Counted from the first letter of the stretch, positions 9,495 to 20,295 are shown. The stretch is DNA of 64,000 nt from an uncultured Solirubrobacterales bacterium (GCA_963708375.1 OY970202.1:2065814-2129813), one strand, 5' to 3'. Notes: a model not told the origin generated them from the sequence alone. A program made the numbers and translations.

Positions 9495-11809
9495 CTCTCG
9501 GTCCCCCCGGACGTCCCCGCCGCAACGGCTTTCTCCTCGGAGGCGAAGGCCGCGAACTCGGCTTCGTCGGCGGGGCTCAGGCGCGTGGCGCTGCCCTCGA
9601 TGTTCAGGCGCGGCAGGCTCCTGTCCAGCCATCCGGGGATCTTCCAGGTGACGTCACCAAGGATGTTGAGCACGGCTGGAAGCAGCAGGCAGCGCACGAC
9701 CACGGCGTCCAAGAACACGGCCGAGGCGAGACTCAACCCGAACTCCTTGATGACCCTGCTTTCGCCGAGCATGAACGACAAGAACACGCAAATCATGATC
9801 GCCGCCGCCGCCGTCACCACGCGGCCGGTGAGTGCGAGTCCCTCACCGACGGCCTTGCGGCTGTCCCCGTGGCGCGACCACTGCTCGTGGATGCGCGAAA
9901 CGAGGAACACCTCGTAGTCCATCGAGAGGCCGAACACGATCGCGAACAGCATCACAGGGATGAAGGACTCGATCGGGCCGCCTTTGACACCCATCAGTCC
10001 ATCGATCCAACCCCACTGGAACACGACCACGATCACTCCCAGTGAAGCACCGATGCTGAGCAGGTTCATGAATGCGGCTTGCAGAGGGATCACCAGCGAG
10101 CGGAACACCACCATCAGGAGCAGCGCCGAGAGCAGCACCACCACGCCGATGAACAGGGGCAGCTTTTTCGCGAGTACCGCCGCGAAATCGACTGAGCCGG
10201 CCGTGATGCCGCCCACGTAGACATGCATCCCCGCGTGTGCGGCCACCGGCGGGATGACCTGGCCGCGCAGGTGGGTCACCAGCTGGGTCGTCTTGTACTC
10301 CTGGGGCGAGGAGGTCGGATACACGGAGATCGTGGCCACACTGCCGCCCGGATTGAACTTGGCGGGTGCCACCGCTGCGACGTCGGGCGCACCCGCCATC
10401 GCGGCGCGCAGTTCTTCGATTGCCGCCTTGCCGCTTGGCGAGGGTGGCGTGATTGGCTGCGTACCCGAGGAGACCGCCTGCTTACGCGGGTTTGGCACTG
10501 TCGTGACGACCAGCAGCGGACCGTTGAAGCCCTTGCCGAACCCTTCCGCAAGAAGCTGATAGGCCTTGTAGGTGGTGGTGTGGACTGGATCGTTGCTGGC
10601 GTCGCTGGAGCCCAACCGAAGCGCTGTGGCGGGTGCCGCGATCACCAGCATCACGAGCACCGAGACGATTGCGATGCTCCAGGAGTGCTGCTGCACGTAT
10701 GAGCTCCAACGCAGCCAGGTCCGGCCGTGTCGCGCGTCTGTGGCCTGTGCGCCGCGCTTGTTCGCGCGCGCGAATTTAAATGCCCGCCCGCCCCGTACCA
10801 AGCGCCCCCCTGCAAACGTCAGCAGTGCGGGCAGCAAGGTCAGCGAGGCGAGCATCACGAGCAATACGCCGATCGACGCCGATATGGCGACGCCATATAG
10901 AAAGTTCACCCCCAGCAACATCATTCCCAGCAATGCGATCACGACTGTGCACCCGGCGAACAGGACTGCGCGCCCAGCCGTGTCCATCGCTTGAACGACC
11001 GATTCCCGCACGTCCCCGAAGGTGGGGCCAGGGGTGGAGTAGGCCTCGCGGAAGCGGGTCACGATGAACAGCGCGTAATCGATCCCCACGCCCAGGCCGA
11101 TCATCGCGGCGAGCTCGGAGGAGAAATCGGCCGTGTCCACCACATGCGTGAACAGGGAGATCAGACCGAGGCCGGTGCCGAGCCCGAACAGCGCTGTCAC
11201 GATCGGCAGGCCCATCGCGATCAGTGAGCCGAAGGTGATCAACAACACCACGATCGCCGCCAACAGTCCCACCGCTGTGGTGACGCCGAAGCCTTCCTGC
11301 TGGGTCTGCTCGATCGCCTGCCCGCCCAGCTCGATCTGGATGTCGGGCGTGCGCGCCGCTTCGGCCGTTTTGACCACATTTTCGCCGGCGCTTTTGGGCA
11401 GTTCGTTGGCCTTTTCGTCGAACACCACCGTCGCGAATGCGATCTTTTCGTTGGCCGAGATCGCCTTGCCCGCCTGGCTGGCGGCGTAGGGGCTGATCAC
11501 GCCGGTGACGTGGGGCAGCGTCGCGACGTTGGCGAACAAGGCGCCCATGTGGGCCTCGACCGCCGGGTCGCGCACCGTGCCGTGGGCGACCTTGAAAACG
11601 ATCGTGTCGCGGTCGCCGGCCTGTGCCGGGAAGCTGCGGTCGAGCAGATCCGAGGCGCGCTGGGCGTCGGAGTTGGGCAGCGTGAAGTTGTTCGAGTAAG
11701 AGGCGCCGCCGCCCGCTTGGGCGAGCACGTTGACGCCGATCAGCAATGCCACCCAGCCGATCGCGATGTAAAGGCGGTGAGTTGTCGTCCAGCGAGCGAG
11801 CTTGAGCAT
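9491..11809 (-). CDS. MMPL/RND family transporter
   Basis: GLGVGIDYALFIVTRFRE and FGLSMDYEVFLVSRIHE; two-repeat TM architecture; leaderless TAGGTT-N7-ATG. Confidence 0.93.
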   Translation of the reverse strand: MLKLARWTTTHRLYIAIGWVALLIGVNVLAQAGGGASYSNNFTLPNSDAQRASDLLDRSFPAQAGDRDTIVFKVAHGTVRDPAVEAHMGALFANVATLPHVTGVISPYAASQAGKAISANEKIAFATVVFDEKANELPKSAGENVVKTAEAARTPDIQIELGGQAIEQTQQEGFGVTTAVGLLAAIVVLLITFGSLIAMGLPIVTALFGLGTGLGLISLFTHVVDTADFSSELAAMIGLGVGIDYALFIVTRFREAYSTPGPTFGDVRESVVQAMDTAGRAVLFAGCTVVIALLGMMLLGVNFLYGVAISASIGVLLVMLASLTLLPALLTFAGGRLVRGGRAFKFARANKRGAQATDARHGRTWLRWSSYVQQHSWSIAIVSVLVMLVIAAPATALRLGSSDASNDPVHTTTYKAYQLLAEGFGKGFNGPLLVVTTVPNPRKQAVSSGTQPITPPSPSGKAAIEELRAAMAGAPDVAAVAPAKFNPGGSVATISVYPTSSPQEYKTTQLVTHLRGQVIPPVAAHAGMHVYVGGITAGSVDFAAVLAKKLPLFIGVVVLLSALLLMVVFRSLVIPLQAAFMNLLSIGASLGVIVVVFQWGWIDGLMGVKGGPIESFIPVMLFAIVFGLSMDYEVFLVSRIHEQWSRHGDSRKAVGEGLALTGRVVTAAAAIMICVFLSFMLGESRVIKEFGLSLASAVFLDAVVVRCLLLPAVLNILGDVTWKIPGWLDRSLPRLNIEGSATRLSPADEAEFAAFASEEKAVAAGTSGGTES

Positions 11810-11845
11810 CGTTGAGAACCTAGCGGGAGGGGACGGGCGTCCAGG

Positions 11846-13387
11846 TTATCCCACCGAGAACAGCTCCAAGGAGCCAGTCAGCTTGTGTTCGTTGGCGTCG
11901 CCCTCAGGCTCGACCACGTGCCCGTTGACGACGATCGGGCTGTTCCAGTGGCCGGTTTCTCCGGGAAACTTTGCGATCGGGTGCCCCGAGCGCGGGCGAT
12001 ACACGTAGATGCCGCCCTCCGCCGGGTCATACACGTAGAGCAGTCCGCCAACGATCACAGGGCTCGTACCGGGCGTGTCGTTCTCCCACACCAAGCGCAG
12101 CCGGCCGGAGATCAAAGCGTAGGCCGCCGTGGCGTGTTCGGCGCCGACGAACACCGTGGTTTTGGTCTTCCGGCCGCCAGTCGCGACGCTCCACACAGCC
12201 GGCGCGCTGAACAGCTCCCCGCCGCCAGGCAGCGCAAGGCGTTGGACTTCGCCGCCGAGCCTGTTCGGCACCGACGGCGCGTGACCGTCCAAGTTCGAGA
12301 GCGAGAGCACGCGCATAATCCCGTCCTTACCCGCGATCAACACCCGGTTCTGTCCAAGCAGGACGGGTGCGCTGGAGCCAAGGTCGGTGTCGCTTTCGTT
12401 CAATTGCGCCTGGTTGACCGGCGTGAAGGCTTGGCGCAGATTCAGGCCTCCAAGCGTCAGCTCGATCACGCTGTCGCCCAGATTCGTGCTCCCGTTCCAA
12501 GGTCCGTTGCCTGTCGAGATCAAGATCCGCCGCCCGCCGGGCTCCACGACCGGTCCGCCGCGTGAGAGGATCGCCGAATCGCTGGCCGGACAGCTGCTCG
12601 GCACGATCAAGGCGCGGCGGTTGGCGCACAGGGTGTTGAACACGCTCGCGACCCGTCCGCCGGCACGATCGATCGCCACCACATGGCCTTGGTAGGGCGG
12701 GGCGTCGCCGAAATAGCCTCCCGTCGCCACGAGCAGATACGGACCGTCCACGCCCAGCGCCGCGGCCAGCTTCTCGTGGGTCGCGTCCTTGGTTACAGAG
12801 ACCGGCCAACCGGGGGCCTCCTGACCGGAAGACAGCGAAAGCTTGTGGACCAAGCCGTTGGGGGAAGTCGCATACACAAAGCCTTCTCCGGGCACGCTCA
12901 CCGGGCTGGCTGTCGTGATCTGGGAGCTGCCCGCCCAACTCGAGTAGCCGGGCGGCGTGAACGTCCACAGAACCTTGCCGCTGGTCGCATCGAGCGCAAG
13001 CGTCTTGCCATAGGTCGTGGTGAGGATCGCGACGCTGTGCTCGGCGCCCGCCACGCTTGCTTGGTGCAGGTAGATGGGCGAGGAGTCCACCGTGCCCGGA
13101 AGGCTCACCCTAACGCGGTGCAGGTGGGCGAGATTGGCGGCCGTGACCCCGCTTGAGAGCGAGCTCGCGTCCGAGCGCTGAGGATTCAGGCCGAACTCGG
13201 GCCAGTCTCTCAGGCGGGCGCTGGCCAGATGAGCGCCGCCCGAGACTCTGTTTTCGACGCCGCCGGGAATAACGCTGGCGGCTGCCGTAGGTGTCGAGTC
13301 CTCAGCCGGGGCGCTGCTGCCGCACGCGCTCAGCAAGGCCGTCGCGGTAAGACTCGCGGCGAGGCGTGAGAGATTGGTCGCGGACAC
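11846..13387 (-). CDS. PQQ-like beta-propeller lipoprotein
   Basis: Lipobox LSAC after GTG 13387; DWPEFGLNPQRS, ALDATSGKVLW and DTDLGSSAP repeats. Confidence 0.78.
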   Translation of the reverse strand: MSATNLSRLAASLTATALLSACGSSAPAEDSTPTAAASVIPGGVENRVSGGAHLASARLRDWPEFGLNPQRSDASSLSSGVTAANLAHLHRVRVSLPGTVDSSPIYLHQASVAGAEHSVAILTTTYGKTLALDATSGKVLWTFTPPGYSSWAGSSQITTASPVSVPGEGFVYATSPNGLVHKLSLSSGQEAPGWPVSVTKDATHEKLAAALGVDGPYLLVATGGYFGDAPPYQGHVVAIDRAGGRVASVFNTLCANRRALIVPSSCPASDSAILSRGGPVVEPGGRRILISTGNGPWNGSTNLGDSVIELTLGGLNLRQAFTPVNQAQLNESDTDLGSSAPVLLGQNRVLIAGKDGIMRVLSLSNLDGHAPSVPNRLGGEVQRLALPGGGELFSAPAVWSVATGGRKTKTTVFVGAEHATAAYALISGRLRLVWENDTPGTSPVIVGGLLYVYDPAEGGIYVYRPRSGHPIAKFPGETGHWNSPIVVNGHVVEPEGDANEHKLTGSLELFSVG

Positions 13388-13420
13388 TGCGACGGTTGTA
13401 GCGCAGCCCGCGGTCGGGCA

Positions 13421-13479
13421 CAGGCGCCGCGAGCCGATGGCGCGGCCAGGCGCCGCGAGCCGAATGGCGCGGCCAGGCG
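13421..13479. repeat. Tandem 26/27-bp repeat (about 2.2 copies) in the divergent intergenic region
   Basis: CAGGCGCCGCGAGCCGATGGCGCGGC, then CAGGCGCCGCGAGCCGAATGGCGCGGC, then CAGGCG. Confidence 0.8.
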
Positions 13480-13566
13480 TTGGGGGGCGAGTGCTCGGCG
13501 CGGCTTGGTCTGAGGGCAGGCTCTGGCGTATCCTCGGTTCGTAACCGATCTGGGAAGGTGGCAGCG

Positions 13567-14025
13567 ATGGCCAAGACACCACGCGTAGGAGAGCAGGCAC
13601 CGGACTTCGAGCTGAGAGGTACCAACGGTCCCTTCAAGCTCTCAGACCATCGCGGCGAGCGAGTCGTGCTGCTGTTCTATCCGGGCGACAACACCATGGT
13701 TTGCACGAAGCAGTTCTGCTCCTATCGCGACCGCGCCGAGGACTTCGCCTCCCTGAACGCAACGGTCGTTGGGATCTCCTCGCAGGACCTCTCCTCTCAC
13801 GAGCAGTTCACCGCCAAGCACGGTCTCAACGTGCCTCTGCTGGCCGATGTCGACAAGTCGGTGGCCAAGTCCTACTCGGCCATCGCCCCCGGCATCGGCT
13901 CCACCGCGCGCGCGGTGATCGTGATCGACGAGCAGGGCGTCGTACGCGATCGCCACGACCATCGACTCGGGCTCGACTATCAGACGGTGGACGAGCTCAA
14001 GGGCGCGCTGGACTCGCTGGCCTAG
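13567..14025 (+). CDS. bcp: Peroxiredoxin (BCP/PrxQ)
   Basis: APDFEL and FYPGDNTMVCTKQFC (PxxxTxxCxxxxC). Confidence 0.9.
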   Translation: MAKTPRVGEQAPDFELRGTNGPFKLSDHRGERVVLLFYPGDNTMVCTKQFCSYRDRAEDFASLNATVVGISSQDLSSHEQFTAKHGLNVPLLADVDKSVAKSYSAIAPGIGSTARAVIVIDEQGVVRDRHDHRLGLDYQTVDELKGALDSLA

Positions 14026-16261
14026 CCTCCAGCTCCGCCGGTCGCGCTTCGGCGGCGCGGCGGGCGTGCATCTCCATCAGCTCCAGCTGCATGTTGCGCT
14101 CGCTCTCGCCCGGCCCGGGCGAGCGCCTGCGCCAGGTGCCCTCGCCGCTCAGCTCCCAAGAACTCTGGTTGTCGGCGAAGGCCCTTTCCAAAGTGTCCAT
14201 CAGCTCGTCCTTCAGCTCGGGGGTCTCGACCGGCGCGGCGAGCTCCACGCGATGGTCCAAGTTGCGCGGCATCAGATCCGCCGAGGCGATGTAGACGACC
14301 CGCTCTCCCGCCCGCTCGAATGTGTAGACGCGCGAGTGCTCGAGCAGCCGGCCAACCACCGAGACGACTTTGATGTTCTCAGAGACGCCCGGCAGGCCCG
14401 GGCGCAAACAGCAGATCCCGCGCACGTTCAGGTCCACCCGCACGCCGGCCATCGAGGCTCTGTAGAGAGCCCGGATGCAGTGGCCGTCGACCAGCGCGTT
14501 CATCTTCATCGCGATCCGCGCCGGCGACTGTGGAGAATGGGCCGCGATCGTGGCGTCGATCTCGGCGATCAGGCCCTCGCGCAGGTGGGCCGGAGCGATC
14601 AACACCTTGCGATAACGCAGGGGTCGCCCGAAGCCGGTCAGGTTGTTGAACATGTCGGCCACGTCGGCCCCGATCTGCTCATCGGTCGTGAACAGGCCGA
14701 AATCCGTATATAGGCGCGCGGTGGCCGAGTGGTAGTTGCCGGTGCCCACGTGCACGTAGTTGCGCACCCCGTCCCCCTCGCGGCGTACCACAAGCACGCA
14801 CTTGGCATGTGTCTTCAGCGCCGGCTGTCCGTAGACGACGTGTACGCCGGCCTCCTCCAAAGCCTTGGCCCAGTGGATGTTCATGCGCTCGTCAAAGCGC
14901 GCCGTCAACTCGACCAAGGCGACCGCCTGCTTGCCGCGCTCGGAGGCTTCGATCAGGTCCGGCACCAAGGGCGAGTCGTCGCTCGTGCGATACACCGTCT
15001 GCTTGATCGCCAGCACGTTGGGGTCGGATACGGCCTGTTCCACGAACCGCTCGACTGAGGTCGCGAACGAATCGTAGGGGTGGTGCACGAGCACGTCGCC
15101 CTCCCTCATCGCGGCGAAGACATCGGCGCGCTCGCCCTCGTGGCGGACCAGGCGCGGATGGGTGACCGGCGAGTAGGGGGCATTGCGCAGCTCGGGCATC
15201 CCCGGCAGCTTCACGATCTGCCACAGGGCGCCCATGTCCAGCAATCCATCGACCGGATAGACCTCGTCCTCGCGCACTCCCAACAGTCCCACCAGCTCCT
15301 CGCGCAGGCGCTCCGAGCAGCTGGTGCCCACCTCGACGCGAACGATCTCCCCGAAGCGGCGGCGGCGCAGCTCGTCCTCGACCGCCTGCAACAGGTCGGC
15401 GGCGTCGTCTGAGACCTCCAGGTCGGCGTCTCTGGTGACCCTGAAGAAGTCGTAGTCCACGATCTCCATGCCCGGGAACAAGGCGTCGAGGTGGTTGGCG
15501 ATCACATCCTCGAGAGGCACCATTGTTATGTGGGGAGCCCCAACGGCCGCCCCGCCCGTGGCGGACCCGCTCGGCGGCTCGGCGGCGGAGCGTACGCTGA
15601 CAAAGCGCGGCAGGATCTCCGTCGGGACCTTCACACGTGCGAACACCGTCTCCCCGCCGGTCGGGTCGCGCACAAGCACAGCCAGGCTGAGCGACAGGTT
15701 GGAGATGTAGGGGAACGGCCTACCCGGGGCCACCGCCAAGGGAGTCAGCGCCGGGAATATGACGCGGCGGAAGTGCTGGGCCAGGTAGGAGCGCTGGTCC
15801 TCATCGAGCTGCTCGAAGCCGACCACCTCGATGCCCTGCTCGGAGAGAGCCGGGCGCAGGCTTCGCTCGAAGCAGTCGCTCAGGCGCACCCCCAGCTCCA
15901 ACACGCGCTCGCGGATCGCGGCGATCGTCTCGCTGGGGGTGAACCCGTCCTGGCTGGGGTTCTCCACGCCCGCGTCGATCTGGTCGTGCAGACCGGCCAC
16001 CCGCACCATGTAGTACTCGTCGAGGTTGGTGGTATAGATCGCCGCGAACTTGACGCGCTCCAGCAACGGTGTCGTCTCGTCCTCGCCGAGCTGCAAGACC
16101 CGCTCGTTGAAGTCCAGCCACGAGAGCTCGCGATTGATGTAGAGCGCGGGGTCCTCCAGCCGCGGGCGGCCGCCGGCGTCCTGTGGCGGTCGCGGGGAGC
16201 CATCCTCCGCATGTTGGGGGGGCTGCGCGGCCTTGTGTTGGCTGGTCAAGTGGGTGTCCAA
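13997..16261 (-). CDS. ppk1: Polyphosphate kinase 1
   Basis: YINRELSWLDFNERVL, HHPYDSF, KQTVYRT, KTHAK, GTGNY, LEHSR and SADLMPRNLDHRVE. Confidence 0.97.
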   Translation of the reverse strand: MDTHLTSQHKAAQPPQHAEDGSPRPPQDAGGRPRLEDPALYINRELSWLDFNERVLQLGEDETTPLLERVKFAAIYTTNLDEYYMVRVAGLHDQIDAGVENPSQDGFTPSETIAAIRERVLELGVRLSDCFERSLRPALSEQGIEVVGFEQLDEDQRSYLAQHFRRVIFPALTPLAVAPGRPFPYISNLSLSLAVLVRDPTGGETVFARVKVPTEILPRFVSVRSAAEPPSGSATGGAAVGAPHITMVPLEDVIANHLDALFPGMEIVDYDFFRVTRDADLEVSDDAADLLQAVEDELRRRRFGEIVRVEVGTSCSERLREELVGLLGVREDEVYPVDGLLDMGALWQIVKLPGMPELRNAPYSPVTHPRLVRHEGERADVFAAMREGDVLVHHPYDSFATSVERFVEQAVSDPNVLAIKQTVYRTSDDSPLVPDLIEASERGKQAVALVELTARFDERMNIHWAKALEEAGVHVVYGQPALKTHAKCVLVVRREGDGVRNYVHVGTGNYHSATARLYTDFGLFTTDEQIGADVADMFNNLTGFGRPLRYRKVLIAPAHLREGLIAEIDATIAAHSPQSPARIAMKMNALVDGHCIRALYRASMAGVRVDLNVRGICCLRPGLPGVSENIKVVSVVGRLLEHSRVYTFERAGERVVYIASADLMPRNLDHRVELAAPVETPELKDELMDTLERAFADNQSSWELSGEGTWRRRSPGPGESERNMQLELMEMHARRAAEARPAELEARPASPARP

Positions 16262-16284
16262 GTCATCTATGCTCGCAGAACCTC

Positions 16285-16791
16285 ATGGCTATGGCTCGCC
16301 AGCTCTGGTTGCTGCGTCACGCCGACGCGGAGCCCCACGGCACCCGTCCCGACGCCGAGCGTCGGCTCACCGAGCGCGGCCGACGGCAAGCCGAGGTAGC
16401 GGGAACCGCCATCGCCCGGATGGCCGTCAAGTTCGAGGCGATCCTGGCCAGCCCCAAGGCGCGAGCGCGCGAAACGGCGGAATTGGCGCTCGGGCAGATG
16501 GAGGACTCCCAGCGTGAGATGCTCGACTTGCATCCGCTCCTGGCGGGCGGAGTGCATGCGCGCGAGGCCTTGGATCTGCTGGACGGCGTCGGTGCCGGCG
16601 GACCCGCGCTGCTTGTGGGCCACGAGCCTGATCTGTCGGGCATCGTGGGCGAACTCACGGGCGCGCGTGTGGACTTGAAGAAGGGCGGACTCGTGCTGGT
16701 GCGGCTAGGCGCCGGTGGCGCTCAGCTCGTACTGCTCCTGCGCCCCGTCGAGCTTTCCCTGATCGCCGGCTTGGCCCTCGAGGCGATCTGA
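16285..16791 (+). CDS. sixA: SixA-type phosphohistidine phosphatase (histidine phosphatase family)
   Basis: LLRHADAE, RRLTERG, SPKARARETA and VGHEP. Confidence 0.87.
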   Translation: MAMARQLWLLRHADAEPHGTRPDAERRLTERGRRQAEVAGTAIARMAVKFEAILASPKARARETAELALGQMEDSQREMLDLHPLLAGGVHAREALDLLDGVGAGGPALLVGHEPDLSGIVGELTGARVDLKKGGLVLVRLGAGGAQLVLLLRPVELSLIAGLALEAI

Positions 16792-17610
16792 CTCCGGGCC
16801 GCGCGCGGATTTGGCGGACGAGCCGCCGGCGGGCGGCATGGCGTCGAGCGGCTCCGCGTCGGTCGGTTCGGCGGCGAAGCGGTAGCCGATGCCGAAATGG
16901 GTGTGGATGTAGCGCCAACCCGGCGAGGCCTTCTCGAGCTTTTGGCGTAGCTTGCGCACGAACACGTCCACCGAGCGGTCGCCGCGCACCATCGCATAGC
17001 CCCACAGGCGCGAATAGATCTCCTCGCGCTCGAGCACCCTGCCTTCGCCTCCGGCCAGCAGCTCGATCAGCTCGAACTCGCGCCTGGTCAACTCCAGGCT
17101 CTGTCCTGCCACGAAGGCCTGGAAGCGATCGGAGCGGATTTCCACCTCGCCCGCCAAGCACGGCTTGACCGTCCCGCGACCGGTGGTGCGTCGCCGCCGC
17201 CGCACGAGTCCTTGCAGGCGGGCGATGATTTCCTCGGGATGACACGGCTTGGTGACCCAGTCGTCGGCTCCCAGGCGCAATCCACGAACCCGCTGGGCGA
17301 CAGTGGAGGGCCCTGTACACACGACGATGCCGAGCTCCGGCAAAGCCCCACAAAGGCGCTCCAGCCACTCCCAAGCCTGGGGTCCGAGCACCGCCAGGTC
17401 AACCACGAGCGCGCTCAAGCGCATCGAAGCGACGGCCTCCGGTTGGACGGGACTGGCGAGCACGCGGTGCTCCCAGCCGAGGCGGTCCATACGCTTGCCC
17501 AAGACCTGGATGAAGCCGCTGTCACGGTCGAGTACCGCGACGCGCAGCGATGCCGTAGCCCCTGCGCTCGATGCGACCCCGTCATCCGTGGAGAGGATCC
17601 CCGCCGTCAT
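16705..17610 (-). CDS. OmpR/PhoB-family response regulator (candidate Pho regulator)
   Basis: Receiver domain (VVDL, CTG, GADDWVTKP) plus winged helix (LTRREFEL, DRSVDVFVRKLRQKLE, GIGYRF); TACACT-N8-ATG at 17610. Confidence 0.88.
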   Translation of the reverse strand: MTAGILSTDDGVASSAGATASLRVAVLDRDSGFIQVLGKRMDRLGWEHRVLASPVQPEAVASMRLSALVVDLAVLGPQAWEWLERLCGALPELGIVVCTGPSTVAQRVRGLRLGADDWVTKPCHPEEIIARLQGLVRRRRRTTGRGTVKPCLAGEVEIRSDRFQAFVAGQSLELTRREFELIELLAGGEGRVLEREEIYSRLWGYAMVRGDRSVDVFVRKLRQKLEKASPGWRYIHTHFGIGYRFAAEPTDAEPLDAMPPAGGSSAKSARGPESDRLEGQAGDQGKLDGAQEQYELSATGA

Positions 17611-17664
17611 CTGCGCGCAGTGTATAGGGGACCGAGTCGCGAAAGACAAGAAGTGCAGACGATG

Positions 17665-17683
17665 GTCACAGGATCTTCACAGG
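17665..17683 (+). promoter_or_regulatory. PHO-box-like 11-bp direct repeat
   Basis: GTCACAGG at 17665 and TTCACAGG at 17676, upstream of the response regulator. Confidence 0.6.
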
Positions 17684-17730
17684 CCATTTCCCTGTTTGCG
17701 GCGGTCCGGGGCTGTCCGGGCCGGCCCCGT

Positions 17731-18471
17731 TCAGCTCGCGAAAGGGTTGGACTGGTCGGAGAACTCTCGGAACAGGCCGGTCACGACAAAAGCCACCTGC
17801 TCGCCCACGTCGACCGCGTTGTCGCCGATTCGCTCCAAAGCACGAGCGACGAGGATCATGTGCATCGCCCACTCGCGCGTGTCCGGGTCGTCGCCGATCT
17901 CAAGCGCCGTGCGGAAGATCTGGCGGTTGAGGCGGTTGATCTCGCGATCCTGGCGTGCCAAATCTTCGGCCAGGCCCACGTCGCGGCCCGAGAAGGCGGC
18001 CTTGCACTGGACGATCTCCGAACGGGCGTGGGCGCCCATCTTGAGGATCATCTCAAGCACCTCCGGGCGCACCGGCGGCTCGTAACCGGACAGGGGGATC
18101 AGCTTGGCGATGTTCACGCACTGGTCGCCCATCCGCTCCACGTGCACGATCACGTGCAGCAAGGCCGCCACGAGCCGCAGATCGCCCGCCACGGGCGCCT
18201 GGGTGGCCAGCAGCGAGAGGATTCCCTGATGGACCTCCAAGTAGCGTCCGTCAACGCGGTCGTCGTCGGCGATCACCATCTGGGCCAGCTCCACGTCCTG
18301 GTGGGCGAGAGCCTCCATCGTGCGGTCGAGCTGCTCCAAGACCACGTCCAAGCCGCCAAGCGCGCGCGTCTCGAGCTCCTGCAGCTGCTGCTGGAAGTGC
18401 TGGCGGCCCTGCTGAGCAGTCAGCTGCGACGCTTGGCCTGCGTTGAGGCTAGCCGAACTTTCCGGTGACAT
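17731..18471 (-). CDS. phoU: Phosphate signalling protein PhoU
   Basis: [14 protein letters not shown] and [11 protein letters not shown] two-repeat motifs; last gene of the pst operon. Confidence 0.95.
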   Translation of the reverse strand: MSPESSASLNAGQASQLTAQQGRQHFQQQLQELETRALGGLDVVLEQLDRTMEALAHQDVELAQMVIADDDRVDGRYLEVHQGILSLLATQAPVAGDLRLVAALLHVIVHVERMGDQCVNIAKLIPLSGYEPPVRPEVLEMILKMGAHARSEIVQCKAAFSGRDVGLAEDLARQDREINRLNRQIFRTALEIGDDPDTREWAMHMILVARALERIGDNAVDVGEQVAFVVTGLFREFSDQSNPFAS

Positions 18472-19411
18472 ATTCCTCGGTCCTGGAGTCCTTCGGGTTG
18501 GTGAAGATCTGTTGCGTCGGGCCCACCTCGACTAGCTCTCCGGTGAGCATGAAGGCGGTGCGGTCGGCCACGCGCGCGGCCTGCTGCATGTTGTGGGTGA
18601 CGATCACGATCGTGACCTTGCTCTTGAGCTGATCGATCAACTCCTCGATCTTCAAGGTGGCGATCGGATCCAGGGCCGAGCAGGGCTCGTCCATCAGGAT
18701 CACCTCGGGTTCCACCGCCAAGGAGCGCGCGATGCAAAGGCGCTGCTGCTGGCCGCCCGACAGCCCGGCACCAGGCTCTGAGAGGCGGTCCTTGACCTCC
18801 TCCCACAGGCCGGCCCCGCGCAGGGCGGTCTCGACCTTGTGCTGTAGGTCGCCGCGTCCACGCGAGGTGAGCCGCAGGCCGGAAGCCACGTTGTCGAACA
18901 CCGACATCGTCGGGAACGGGTTGGGCTTCTGGAAGACCATCCCGATCGCCCGGCGCACGGCGACCACGTCCACGCTCGGGTCGTAGATGTCGAAGTCGTC
19001 GAGCAGCACCTTGCCCTCGGCGCGTGCGCCCGGTACCTCCTCGTGCATGCGATTGATGCAGCGCACCATCGTCAACTTGCCGCAGCCCGAGGGCCCGATG
19101 ATCGCGGTCACCTCGTTGGCTTGGAAGTCGAGATCGATGCCCTTCACCTGGGCCACATCGCCGTAGTAGGCGCGCAGTTTCTCGAGCTTGACCGCCAAAC
19201 CGTCGCGCACGTTGGCGCGGGTCTGGGCCTCGCCAGCGCCGGCGGTCCGGGTGCTGGTCGATTGGCTGCGGCTGGGGTCGAGCATCTGGGTCGGCGCCTC
19301 CTCGCGGGGCTCACCGTCTGTGGTCGTAGGCTGCTCCTCGGCGCTCATCCTAGGCCTTTCCGCGCTCACAGTTCTCTGGGTTGTCCCGGTCGTCGGGTCC
19401 TGTGCGCTCAT
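18449..19411 (-). CDS. pstB: Phosphate ABC transporter ATP-binding protein PstB (copy 1; Walker A reads GKLT)
   Basis: [44 protein letters not shown] and YVTGKFG. Confidence 0.95.
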   Translation of the reverse strand: MSAQDPTTGTTQRTVSAERPRMSAEEQPTTTDGEPREEAPTQMLDPSRSQSTSTRTAGAGEAQTRANVRDGLAVKLEKLRAYYGDVAQVKGIDLDFQANEVTAIIGPSGCGKLTMVRCINRMHEEVPGARAEGKVLLDDFDIYDPSVDVVAVRRAIGMVFQKPNPFPTMSVFDNVASGLRLTSRGRGDLQHKVETALRGAGLWEEVKDRLSEPGAGLSGGQQQRLCIARSLAVEPEVILMDEPCSALDPIATLKIEELIDQLKSKVTIVIVTHNMQQAARVADRTAFMLTGELVEVGPTQQIFTNPKDSRTEEYVTGKFG

Positions 19412-20295
19412 CCCAAGCTACTCCTGCGAGCAAGTAGTCGCGCGAGCAAGTTGAGCACGAGGATCATGGCCACCAGCGTCAGGGCGGCTCCCCAGGCACG
19501 GTTTACCACGGATGTGGTCGGAGATGTGACATCCGTGTATATCTGGATCGGCAGCGAGTTCATGAAGCCGTTCAAGCTGAACTCGGTCTTCATCGTGGCG
19601 CCGGCGGTGAACAGCAGCGGCGCAGTCTCCCCCGCGGCGCGCGCGATCGCCAGCAGAACGCCCGTGACAAGGCCCGGCAAAGCGGTGGGCAGGACGATCC
19701 GGAAGATCACCTTCCAGCGCGGCGCGCCGAGCGCCAACGCCGACTCGCGCAACGATCCAGGGACCAGCAGGAGTACGACCTCAGCCGAGCGAGTCACCAC
19801 CGGCAGCATCAAAAGGGCCAGGGCAAACGCGCCCTTATAAGCCGCATAGGAGCTGCCCGTGCCCACGATCAGGGCGATATAGATGAACAGGCCGAACATG
19901 ATCGAAGGCACGCCCGTGAGCACGTCCACGAAGAAGCGCACGATCTGGGCGAAGCGACTTGAGCGCCCGTACTCGACCAGCCAGATCGCCACGCCCAAGC
20001 CGACCGGAACCGCCAGCAGCGAAGCGACCGCCACGATCTCGATCGTGCCGAGGATCGCGCTCTTGATGCCCCCGATCGAGGACGACGCGAAAAAAGTGTT
20101 GCCGGTCGGGTCGGTCGTGAAGAAGTCAACGCTCCACGAGCTCAAGCCCTTGCTCAGCAGGTAGTAGATGATCAACACCAGCGGTACCAGCGCGACCACC
20201 GTGGCCGCGACGACCGAACCCCGCGCGAGCTTGTCTTTGCGCCGGCGGCGGGCGCTCATGCCGAAGCGGTCGAGGGTGTGGGCGGAGGCACTCAT
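19408..20295 (-). CDS. pstA: Phosphate ABC transporter permease PstA (copy 1)
   Basis: [20 protein letters not shown] and [10 protein letters not shown]. Confidence 0.95.
   Translation of the reverse strand: MSASAHTLDRFGMSARRRRKDKLARGSVVAATVVALVPLVLIIYYLLSKGLSSWSVDFFTTDPTGNTFFASSSIGGIKSAILGTIEIVAVASLLAVPVGLGVAIWLVEYGRSSRFAQIVRFFVDVLTGVPSIMFGLFIYIALIVGTGSSYAAYKGAFALALLMLPVVTRSAEVVLLLVPGSLRESALALGAPRWKVIFRIVLPTALPGLVTGVLLAIARAAGETAPLLFTAGATMKTEFSLNGFMNSLPIQIYTDVTSPTTSVVNRAWGAALTLVAMILVLNLLARLLARRSSLG

Noticed and set aside
14890-14915. Ppk1 ELTARFDE as an inactivating change
   Set aside because: This position varies naturally (K or Q), and the catalytic His motifs and the Arg are intact.
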